A DNA stretch of 64,000 nucleotides, taken from the NCBI RefSeq assembly GCF_024521635.1, contig NW_026250451.1, positions 1 to 64,000 of the forward strand. The letters are read 5' to 3'. Made by a program: the position numbers and the translations under genes. Source of the DNA: Tricharina praecox. Its lineage: Eukaryota. The notes under the pieces were generated by a model. The model saw nothing but the letters and a program-made list of their open reading frames with translations, ran no database searches and was not told the DNA's origin. Numbering within the stretch: position 1 is the first letter of the stretch; each line of letters begins with the position of its first letter. Shown one piece after another: positions 12,212 to 22,592 of the stretch.

Positions 12212-13856
12212 ATGTGCAATTCCTTGATTTCTTGGGGCATGTTCCTCGTCGGAGTCGTTGCGGCGCAGAACGCCGGGGTTAGTGGAAACCTTTCCTTTGC
12301 GCCGTTCCCCAGTTGATATATGGCAGATTCCCGCAAACCAGATCAATCCCGCGCATTTCCCCGGTAACATCCAGTTTGTCGGGACGGCCACTGCGCTCTC
12401 CGGAACCGTCGTCTACCAGCCCCCGGTTGCTACCGGCGTGTACCAGCCCCCGGTTGCTACGGGCGTCGCCCCGGTCCCCGCCCCTGTCGCCACCACCGTC
12501 GGCCCTGCTCCGGTAGTGGTCCCTACCAGTGCGGTCTCCTCCGTCCCAGTCGCTACCAGTGTCGCCCCCGTTCCCGTTCCGATCGCTACCAGCGCCAGCA
12601 GCAGTGCCGTTCCAGTCGTTTCGAGTGTCGGCACTGCTCCCGCCCCAGTCACTTCCAGTGCCGGCCCCGTTCCCGTTCCGATCGCCACCAGTGCCAGCAG
12701 CGTTGCCGTTCCAGTCGCTTCGAGTGTCGGCACTGCTCCCGCCCCAGTCACTTCCAGTGCCGGCACTACTGATATTCCGGTCGCTACGAGTACCGATACC
12801 GTTGTCGCCACGACCGCCACCCCCATCGCCACAAGCGTATCAACTCCCGTGCCCGCGGCCCCCAGCACCGCCACCGAGACCGTTTATGACTACGTTCTTC
12901 CCTCGGAGACCGTCGCGCTCTCCACTGTCGGCACCCCAGCAGCCTCTGTGGCTCCTGTCGCCGGCACCGGCGTCGGCGTCGGGACCGGCGCCGTCGCCCC
13001 TTTATCTGACGTCGCTGCGGCCACTCTTGCCCGCCGCGTCGCCATCGGCACCGCGGGAGTGTACTACGAGACTGCGGGCGTCTACGGTGCCAACGTCCCG
13101 GCATACGCCGCGCAGTACCCCGCCACGGCCATCTACGACCAATACCCCGCCGTAGTCGGCACTAGCGGTGTGTACTACGAGAACCTAGGCGGCTACGCCG
13201 CCCCGATCAGCCCCGCTGTGGGGCGCGCCTACGCCCGCCAGGTCGTCCCCGGATCCTACGGCTACGCCGACACCTACGGCACCGCCGTGTACGCCCAGCC
13301 CGCATACGCCACAGGCGCCTACTACGCCACGGGCGCCCCCGACGCGGTCTACTACGCCACCGGCACCGGCACCGGCGCGTTCGCGGCGACCGCTGCCGTC
13401 TACGACAACGGCTACGCCGGGATCTACCGCCGCCAGGACACCAGCACATCCACCGACACCGCCACCTCCACCTCCATCCCGACCACGACCATCACCTCGC
13501 AAGTAACCGGCACTGCCCCCACGGACACCGCCAGCGCCACCGCGGAGCCAACCACAACGGTCACCTCACAGCTGACCGCCATCCCCAGCGGAACCAGCGA
13601 TACCACGCTGATCTCCAGCACAGACACCACCATCGCCCCGACGGCAGTCTACCCCTCCACCGGCGCCAGCGGTGTCTCCGGCTCCGCGACCTATCCGGCC
13701 ACGAGCGTCTACGGCGCCACGACCGGCACGCCCTCGCAGCCTGCGTCTGAGCCCGCTATCCCCGCCAACTCTGGCTCCGACCAGACTGTCGGCCGGAAGA
13801 GCGCGGTCGCCACGTTCGCCCTGGTCGTCTGTGGTATCGCCGCGATGCTCGCGTAA
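12212..13856 (+). CDS. Secreted, probably GPI-anchored Ser/Thr/Pro/Val-rich cell-wall protein with Tyr-rich central modules
   Basis: Exon 1 (12212-12277) encodes signal peptide MCNSLISWGMFLVGVVAA. Intron 12278-12326 (GTTAGT...CAG) joins it in frame to ORF 12258-13856. Internal repeats VYQPPVATG x2 and an approximately 30-aa unit x2. C-terminus NSGSDQTVGRKSAVATFALVVCGIAAMLA resembles a GPI signal. Confidence 0.85.
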
Positions 13857-14149
13857 GCGAGTCGTCCGCTGTTTTAAGTAAGACGATGGGGACGCCGGGG
13901 AAGAGTGTGTAGAGAGAGAAAAGCTAGATGTAGAGAAATGTTTTTTAGACTGTGTTTCATAGAATAGAATAAATGAATTGACAATTCATGATGTGAGCTG
14001 AAGGTGCCGAGTGACCACTTGTGATCTGCCGTGTTGTGCTTGCATCATTGCATCTCCGTGGCAGCTCCGACGTCGCGGAATGACATAAGATTCCGCAGCA
14101 GCAATACGTGCAACGGATGGGACGTATGTAGAAACAGCAACGGACGGAC

Positions 14150-15248
14150 GTTTTTGGTTTTTTTGGTTTTTGTTTTTATTTACCTATTCAGTAATTGCAT
14201 GCGACCTATGTAGATCATGGCAATATCGCCCCGTTCACCCCCCCCCCCCGGTTTCCACGCCACTGTCCAAACCGACTTGCATCGAGCAGCCCGATGTGGC
14301 TTTCCCTGCCCCCGCCCCGGCCTGTCTCGAAAAAGTAGACACAAGATAAAGACTGAAATGGGCCTGCATGCCCGCCCGCCCCTTCCCACCTCTCTTCTCT
14401 CCCCTACGGGCTGACTCGCCCGCTCTTCCCACCTGCCCTCTGTCCCTTCGGTTTGAAGGTTTTCCGAACCCTTTTTGTGGGGTTTGCGTGCCTTTTTCGG
14501 CCTGGCGTTCTCATTCCCGCCGATGATGACGGTCACATGTACGCCGCCCCTGCCGCGAGCAATATCAGCCCACGACGGGACGCTTCCCTCTCTTTCATGT
14601 CCTGCCCCTCTCTTCTCCGCTTTCCCTTTCCGCTTCCTCTCAACCTTCTTCCATCCCTCATCCATCTCAGTGTCGCGAGGTGGAGACGCTGCGGATACGA
14701 CAGATGCTGGTGGTTTAGGTCGTACGGAGTCGGACTCCGATTCCCTATGCTCAGATTGCTCAGGCGTCGGGGCGGGGGAGTTGGCTCTCGTCAGCCTCTT
14801 CGGTTGGTGCAGGGTTGGCGGTCCCGTCCATTTCCGTTTCGGCCGCGGAGGTGGTGTCGATGGAGGAGGCGGCAGCGGCTGTGAAACAGGCACTGCTTGC
14901 GCTTGCGCCCGGAGTTCCCGGTTCTCCTATGTGAGCTTGTCGATTTGCTCACGCATCGTAGTGACAAGACCCTTAAGGTCCTTCACCTCGTCTGCTGTCG
15001 CATTTTCCACTGACAAATGACAAGTTACAGCTGCTAACCGCGTCTTGATGTCGGTCTGTACGATCGCAAGCTCGGAGCGAAAGTAGGACTGGATCTTGGT
15101 CTCCAGGAATTCGAGGAGATTGACGCGCGTCGGGGGGGCGGTGTGGTTACCGCTTCCACCGTCGGAACGACCCTCTTCCTCCGTAGGCAGTGATGCTGGT
15201 GGAGGGGAGGTGGTGCACCGGCGAGCCTGGTGCCTGGGGCACCCGCAG
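14150..15248 (-). mobile_element. Degenerate non-autonomous non-LTR-retrotransposon-like insertion (gag/ORF1-like coding region plus A-rich tail, no RT)
   Basis: A minus-strand frame encodes a coiled coil (EVKDLKGLVTTMREQIDKLT*ENRELRAQ), a Pro-rich region, WKKVERKRK and SWADIAR, resembling fungal LINE ORF1 proteins. Premature TAG at 14927-14929. A-rich tail at about 14151-14180. An 11-bp direct repeat AACGGACGGAC flanks it at 14139-14149 and 15249-15259. Confidence 0.55.
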
Positions 15249-15562
15249 AACGGACGGACAGACGGGTCACATGCTGCCGTGATTGGCTCACCGGGTGATT
15301 AGCAATGATTAGCAATGAACAGCCCGCGACACGATCACTCGGCGCAACCTCCGTCCACTTCCCCCGGGAGAACCAATCGCAGTATGTACCGTACCGACTT
15401 AGCATCGAACCACTTCATCCACTCCACAGCAAGGTTATTCCATACTCACTCGCATCCCCTCTCACATCGCAGCCAGCAACAACCCGGAAAATCCCCCGGG
15501 TAAATACCCGTCAAGGTCGAGGTTGAGGTCAAGGTCGGATGTTGCTACTCGGCTCGCTGCCA

Positions 15563-15598
<36 letters not shown>
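15563..15598. repeat. (TGTC)9 microsatellite
   Basis: Read directly from the sequence. Confidence 0.95.
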
Positions 15599-16729
15599 CG
15601 TTCGGTCATTTGTTCGCGGCAACGGTTCTCCCAGGTGCGCAGGTATGGTCCGATTGAATGGCAAACGTCGCGGGGATCTGGCGGGGGTCTGGCGGGGATC
15701 TGGCGGGGTCTGGTATGCACACTGCGGTATCTACCGACAGTGCCTGTGCCGGTGCCTGTGTCGGCACGGTGGAGAGAGGTAGGACTCCGGCCTGACGTTT
15801 TGGAAGATGGCAGTTGGCAGATGCCAGTAGGGAGGGAGGGATCGGGATATGCACTCTGCTAAGCAGATACTATTAGACACCTCCAGACCTATACTCTACT
15901 ATATCATACATCTTTCTTTACCTTGCCCAACTGCCAACTACCACCCCCGGCGGTACTATCGACACCCCATCCCCATCTCCGCCACTTCCCCGGCGCAAAG
16001 TGCATGCTCCGGCGCAGAGTGCGGTGAGGAGATACTATGCTATGCACCGACACCGATATAATCCGCAACAGCCTCGTTATAGTACATTAGGAAGTTCACC
16101 ACCTCGCGCGCACGTGAAAACGCCGGTGTACAAAGCACAAAGCCTAGGCCGTAGAACAGCATAAAGGGCTTCTAGGGTTCCAGGATTGATACCCCGAAGG
16201 TGAGGAGCACCTCCACCTACACCCCCAACCCCACCCCCCGCCCGCACTTACGCTGCCCCGGACATTCCTACTTCCTGCTTCCGTGGTACAGCGGCGGATT
16301 GGCAATTGGAGGCTCTGAGCGTAGTCGTGGGCGCTCGGAAGCAACTACCGACACGCGGAGAATGGTTGTTCCCGCCCGCGGGTATTAGTATATGCCGCAG
16401 TTCTCTCTCTCTCGCTCGCACCGGCGCGCGTGTTTGATCTTCGCCTGGGAGTCGAAGGAGTCCTGATGGCAGTCAGCGGATAAGCTGGCAGGTCCATAGT
16501 CCGTCCCCAAGACTCGTGCCGGAGACTCGGAGGAGGTAATTGAGTTTGGAGAGGGGGAGGGGGAGAGATGCACATCTGGAGGTGAGTCCGCACTCTGATT
16601 ATTCTGGTCACTCTGGTATCGGCGGGGTGGGGGGTAATAAAGCACACACCGAGATCGGAACTTGGAACTTGGAACATTTCATTCAGATTCCAGATTCCTG
16701 ACCCGGAAGTGAGTGTGTCCTGGCAGCTA

Positions 16730-17080
16730 CGACTCCCACTCACTGGCACTGGCACTGGCACTCGCCACTCGCCACTCCTACTCCCACTCCTACTCCCACT
16801 CCCACTCCCACTCCCACTCCCACTCCCACTCCTACCCGCATTTGCACTCGCCATTTGCACTGGCACTCGCCACTCCCACTTCCACGAGCACTGACACTCC
16901 CATTCACACTCGCACTCACCATTGGCACTCACATTGGTACTCGCACCCGAACGCGCACCCACACTCGCACTCGCCATTCGCACTCCCATTCCCACCCACA
17001 CTCACCATTCATACTCGCCATTCACACTCCTACGAGTACTTCAACTCCGACAAGCACTCCCACTCCAACTCCCCCTCACC
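16730..17080. repeat. Degenerate hexamer array (CACTCC/CACTGG/CACTCG)n
   Basis: Read directly; it produces spurious HS/LP/GV-repeat ORFs. Confidence 0.9.
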
Positions 17081-17905
17081 CGCTTCACTATCATAGCAGA
17101 GTACTCGCGGCACGTATATTAATAACAAGTACATCATGTACTTCATATTCTTTATTCTTTATTTTTCAATCCGTATCAACCCATATCAATCCGTATGTAC
17201 TATGTAAAGTCTCAAAACAAAGGGAAAATCATTTATCAAAACAAAAGACACCAGACACCAAATACCACCTCCCACCGTTCCAACTCCCTCGCTCGCTTCT
17301 CCCGCTGAAACGGATCGCAAAAAAAGAGCAAGCACGAAGACACCGCACGCAATGATGAATGAAGATGAATGATAAATGTGGAAAATTTTCCGAATTCCAA
17401 GTAAAAGAAAAACCAGCAACGCCTGCAAAAAAAGTACTAACTAAAAACCCCCCTTTGCCCCGCGAACCTGCGTGCTTATTGAAGAGAAACCACTGCCCTG
17501 CCCTGCCAGAGTAGAAAATATAACAAAGAAAATATAAGAAAAGAAAAGAAAAAGATAAAAACAGAAGACTCCCCCCGCGCAAAAAAAAAAAGAAAAAAGA
17601 AAAAACTCCGTGATGGTACAGTAGATCGTAAACAAAAACAAAACAAAACAAAACAGGAAGAAAGAAATGAAAAACAGAAAACAAAAACAAAGAACGCCGT
17701 TCCATGTACAAGAGAAGATGAAATCCATCGCTTCCTCCTCCTCCTCCCTTTCCCTTCCAGTCCCATTCCCATCCATCCAGTCCAATCCAATCCTGATCCA
17801 ATCCCGCATTTCCCATGCTTTCAAATCCCATGCTTTCCCATTTCCTCCCATTTCCTCCAATCCATCCACCAATCCATCCACCAATCCCATTCCCAGTTCC
17901 CAATC

Positions 17906-20097
17906 CTATACCAGCAAATACTGCCACCCCTGGACCTCCATAACCTCTCTCCAAGTCGCCTCCTCACCGGCCTCGCGCACCCTCCAGACCTCCTCAAGGA
18001 CAGTCCTCATGCGTCCAAAGCTGCCATAATCCCCCTCCTCGCCGAGATGCGCACACCTCTCCTCAAAGAACCTCCTAAACCCACTATCCGGGGCGGCAAC
18101 ACCACCACCAATGAGCATGACCCACACGAGGCTGCGATCGAAGCCATCGGGTCCGGCGGGGATCCCCTCGAGGCACGCAGTGAGCTTCTCGAGCAACTGC
18201 AGAATCTGCGGCTGCGTACGATCGAAGCCAGGGACGAGCGAGCAGAGGTAGATGCGTGCTGCGCAGCGGAAGGCGGACGTCATCTGTGCGGTGAGCGCGC
18301 GCGGGTCGACGCGGCCGCTCTGCACTACCGGCGGTGGGGTGTGGCACCCCGAGGCTGCCGACGCGTCCTCCGTCATGTCGATCTGGTGCGCGAGCGACTC
18401 GATGTGGCTGCATAGGTCCATGTCGCTCAGCATGTTCTGTGTCTTGAGCGCTTCGAGACAGGCGATCTCAGAGATCAGGTACATCACACGGTCTTCGCAG
18501 CCCATGAGCTCGCGGAGCCCGGAGTTGCCCGCGGACAGGTGCTTAATCCGGTAGGTGTCGGCGAAGAGCGGCGCGCGGCCTAGCATGGTTGCTCCGAGGA
18601 TGTCGATCCAGGAGGTCAGAGTCATGTTCAGTGTCGGTGTCAAAGGTGTGTTGCGGTCGATGCGCTGCAGGTACACCGTCAGGTCCAGCTTGTTGACCAG
18701 GCTGCTAGCGGCCTGGAAGTGCTGGTGCCATGGGATGTCGGGAAGCGAGTCGTCAGGCGAGCCAACCGAGCACTAGTGAGGATGTTAGACGACGATCGGA
18801 AGAGAGAGGGAGAGAGATAAATACCTGAAAGAGGATCATGCCCAAGGTGGCTTCAAGAATCTTAAGGTGGTCGGTATCCTTGTTGAGGGCCTCGCACAGA
18901 CCGGAGATGGTCTTGAAGCGATGCCTTGTGATGTCCTGGTCGACCAGGTCGGCGTTGACGCCCGTCAGGTGCTGTGTGGTCTTGAGGTGCAGCGCGGCGA
19001 TGCTGAGACAGCAGTGGCGGTACGACTCGTTGTTGATCAGAGCAGGCACGACCACGTCCTGTCGCGCAGTTCCGTGCAGGTCCAGGATCGGGAAGATCAG
19101 GCGCTGCACATCCCGGAGGAAGTGATCGAGCAGCTCGCGGTCGCCGCCCTCGACAGGCACGTATGCCAGTGCCTCGTTGGGCACGTACTGGTTGTAGTCG
19201 AAGTAGTCCTCGGAAGACAACGGCTCGGGTGCTGTGACGTGGTGAGAGAAGAAGGGCTGCTCGACTGCGACTGAGTTCCGTCGCAGATTACTGCTGGCGT
19301 ATGAAGCACTGCTCGATGACCGCCGGGGAGCGGGAACGGGGAAGCCATTCACGTAGGTCTCCTTCTGTACGAAGCCGTCGTACTCGTAGGGGGACTGCAC
19401 ACCGCCAAAGTGCTGCTGCTGCTGTTGCTGCTGCTGTTGCTGATGATGGTACTGCTGCTGGTATTGGAGCGGGTGCATGCCATGGTGCATGTGCATGTCA
19501 ACCTCCTCGTACTGTGTGTACTGCGAGTCGATCGAGACTGATCGGTGTCGTGCCAGGGTCTCGGAGAGGGTGTCGGATGTGGGCAGCGAGTGGGACAGAT
19601 CGGGCGGCGACCCGATGCTGTTTGGCGGCGATGTGAGATGCGCGGCCTTCTCGGTGAGCTTTGTGCGTTTGATGGACGACTTGATCAACTCCTTCTGTCG
19701 CTTGCGCTGGTCGACGTTGCCCCACCAGACGGGTCGCTTGTACTCGCATGTCAGGCCGAGGTGTTTGCATGCTGAGCAGCAAGGCTTGCCCTCGTCACAC
19801 TTCTTGCGACGCAGACGGCACGTGAAGCAACCTGTATGCGAAGGATAGAGTCAGCTTGATGTTTGTTTTATGTTTTTATTTATTTTTATAAAAAAATAAA
19901 AAAATAAAAAATAAAAAATAAAAAATAAAAAATAAAACCCATTTTATTTATTTGTAATGCATGCATGTGCGGGAAGGGAAGGGGGTTGGGTGGATGTGGA
20001 TGTGCGTACCTGTGCGGGATCTGCGGTGTGTTTTTGTGGATTGTTTTGCAGCCTTCTGCTGCATGGCGGGCGAGGCGGCGATGGAGGCGGAAGCCAT
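17906..20097 (-). CDS. pro1: Zn(II)2Cys6 transcription factor PRO1 (ADV-1/NosA/RosA family), regulator of fruiting-body development and cell fusion
   Basis: Exons 20097-20010, 19831-18825 and 18772-17906. [45 protein letters not shown] is the PRO1-type binuclear cluster. C-terminal DIPWHQHFQAA, WIDILGATM, GLRELMGCEDRVMYLISEIACLE and GFDRSLVW match the family. Confidence 0.93.
19888..19937. repeat. (ATAAAAA)n tract inside pro1 intron 1
   Basis: Read directly from the sequence. Confidence 0.85.
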
Positions 20098-20122
20098 CTG
20101 TGCTGTAGTGGAGGAGAGTATT

Positions 20123-20193
20123 GTGGTGGTGGTGGTGGTGGTGGTGGTGGTGGTGGTGGTGGTGGTGGTGGTGGTGGTGGTGGTGGTGGTGGT
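20123..20193. repeat. (GGT)n tract, (ACC)n on the sense strand, just upstream of the pro1 ATG
   Basis: About 23 trinucleotide units, read directly. Confidence 0.95.
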
Positions 20194-21241
20194 AGTGATT
20201 GTTGGTGATGGAGGCGAGAACCGCTGATCGAATAGAATGCGTGCGCCCGACTGTACTGTCCGACTATCTCTGTCCAACTGAGTGTTTGTCGCTGTCGAGA
20301 TGAGGATAGCAGTTATTATTTCCAAGTAGAGGAGAGAGCACAGCAAGTAGTAGTCAATTTGTAGGAGTCGAAGGAGGACTCGAGGGTAGTTCTTTTTTTT
20401 CTTCCTTTCGTATTAAAGAGGAGGAGGGGGGTGTGGGTGTGGGTGGGTGTGGACGACTTTAATGCAGCTGCCGAATGCTCGCAGGCGACCGGGGTGGTTG
20501 TTAGGCTGGTTGGTGGACGAGGGTGGGCGAGGGTGAGGGTGGGTGGAGAGGGTTGGAGAGGCTGTCGACAAATGTGGAAAGTCGGGCGGAACTGGGGTGT
20601 TGATTGGGTGTGAGCGAACGCTGCAATGGAATGCCCTTCTAAAAGCAGATCCGAGTCGTAGTCGCTATGGTAGTCGCAAACTCCGGGCTAAGTAGCTAAC
20701 TTGGCTGGATTGAAGAGTCGAGAGGCGGTCGGTCGGAAATGTCGATGGTGGTCGGAAAAATCAAATAAAACGGAGAGGCAGACAACTGGTGGGACCGTAA
20801 GATTGGATTGGATGGGTGATTTCCTTTCTTTCTTTCTGTCTTTTATTACACACACAGTCCTGTTGTCGTCTCGGAGAAGGTATTTGGCTTCGTCGGTGCA
20901 GTAGCTAAGTCGGGGCCAGCTGATTAACTCTGTAGAGGCGGTGCGCGTGCGGGTGCGCGTGCGATTGCGGGTGCGGGTGTGCGTTCGTCCAGCGGAGGTC
21001 GGTAGCGTTGGATCGTGGTCGGGGGGCGTTCAGCAGTGGTAATTAGGGGAGAGAACGGGACTCGGTAGAATCGACCGTCGTCGGGCAGTCGCAGACTGTT
21101 GATGTTGTGGCAGTAGTGGTGGGGATCGAGTGATGATTGTGATCGATCGTGGAGGAGGAGGTGTGAGAAGACCGCGGCAACTAGTGGACCAGAGAGACCA
21201 GCTTCTAGAAGTTACAGGGCGGGTTCTTTATTATCGGAGGC

Positions 21242-21243
21242 GG

Positions 21244-21274
<31 letters not shown>

Positions 21275-21298
21275 TGGGGGAGGGGGGAGGAGGGGGAG
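21242..21298. repeat. Poly-G/G-rich tract upstream of pro1
   Basis: A long G homopolymer with flanking G-runs. Confidence 0.9.
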
Positions 21299-22398
21299 TG
21301 TTGAAGGTTGTTGATGCTGCTGCTGCTGGGGGAAGGAAAGAAATCACAACTCTGCAGGGCAGGATCGCGAGTATTTCTATCCGTCGGCTTCGCCAAAAGA
21401 AAACCGCTTGAGGGCCTCGGATCTGCATGTCTCTGTGCGGATAGTGGGCGATTAGGTGGGTGGACTGGTGGAAGGTAGGGGAGTTTACTCTAAAAATGGA
21501 CATCCACCACTCTTGCCTGACAGCAATAGTAGCAGCGAAATGTAGATACGCGCCCATCGCCTTTTTCTCTCCTCTTTTCTTTTTTCCGTTCGTGGTGGGT
21601 GGTGGGCATGCACGATCGTACTGTGGGTGTGGGCCAATGCTGCTCGAGCGGTGGGCGGTGGGTGGTCACTGGTGATGGACCAAGGTGGCTATAATTGGCA
21701 CTCGCAGATGCATAGCGAGTTCTGGTTGGTTGGTCGGTCGGACTCGTCCAGCCCCCCCCGTCCTCCGCTCCGGCATCGCAGTCGTTGTTCCTCCAATAAC
21801 GTGTGTATGTAGATGGATTCTGCAGGCGGACCCATGTACCGTGCAGAGCATGCAGAGTACATGCAAAGTGGGCTACGGCCAATGGGCACGCATTCGCCAT
21901 CTCCATCTCGAAGACTTGCAGCTTTCCAGCCCTGCACGTGTGTGGTGTAGACCGGGGAGGGGAACACGGAGGAGTGGGGAACACGGACTCGAAGTGGCCT
22001 GTACCGTCTGTAGGAATTCAACAGTCATCCTTGGTACGCTCCGTAAGTACTGTGCTCTGGGTCTCTCCGTACGCTGGTCTCTGCTCGCCATACCCTCCGT
22101 ACTCCCGGGACTCCCACTGCCAACCGGTACCTATCCCCGCTTGCATGCGTGGTGCTTCCGGATGTCGGAGACTGCATATGACGCAGCACCGGCACGAGCG
22201 AGAACACTGCAGAGGCAACTGCCCAGCTGCCCTATGTACCAGGTATGTCCCTATTCCCGCAAGCCCAGGCGTACATAGTGGAGCTGAGCAGCGCACATCC
22301 CATCACAGCACATCACAGTACAGCACGGTACCGTACGGTTGGTACTCTTCATACCCATACATACCCGGAGAACACGGACAAGGCGGGCGGGCGGGGAT

Positions 22399-22592
22399 TC
22401 TCCTCCTCCTCCTCTCCTCCACTCCTCCTCTCCTCCTCTCCTCCTCTCCTCCTCTCCTCCTCTCCTCCACTCCTCTTCTCCTCCACTCCTCCTCTCCTCC
22501 ACTCCTCCACTCCTCCTCTCCTCCTCTCCTCTTCTCCTCCACTCCTCCTCTCCTCCACTCCTCCACTCCTCCTCTCCTCCTCTCCTCCTCCT
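22399..22592. repeat. About 190-bp near-pure polypyrimidine (CTC/CCT) tract
   Basis: Read directly; nearly all C/T with occasional A. Confidence 0.9.

Noticed and set aside
12212..13856. Dikaritin-type RiPP precursor cluster
   Set aside because: No short near-identical core repeats, a GPI-like tail is present, and no DUF3328 or tyrosinase genes lie nearby.
15248..15604. Second MITE bounded by inverted GAACGGAC.GACAGAC sequences
   Set aside because: The symmetry is limited to microsatellite-like sequence and no target-site duplication is evident.
16345..17954. Several 100-240-aa ORFs
   Set aside because: Products of hexamer repeats and the low-complexity pro1 3' region.
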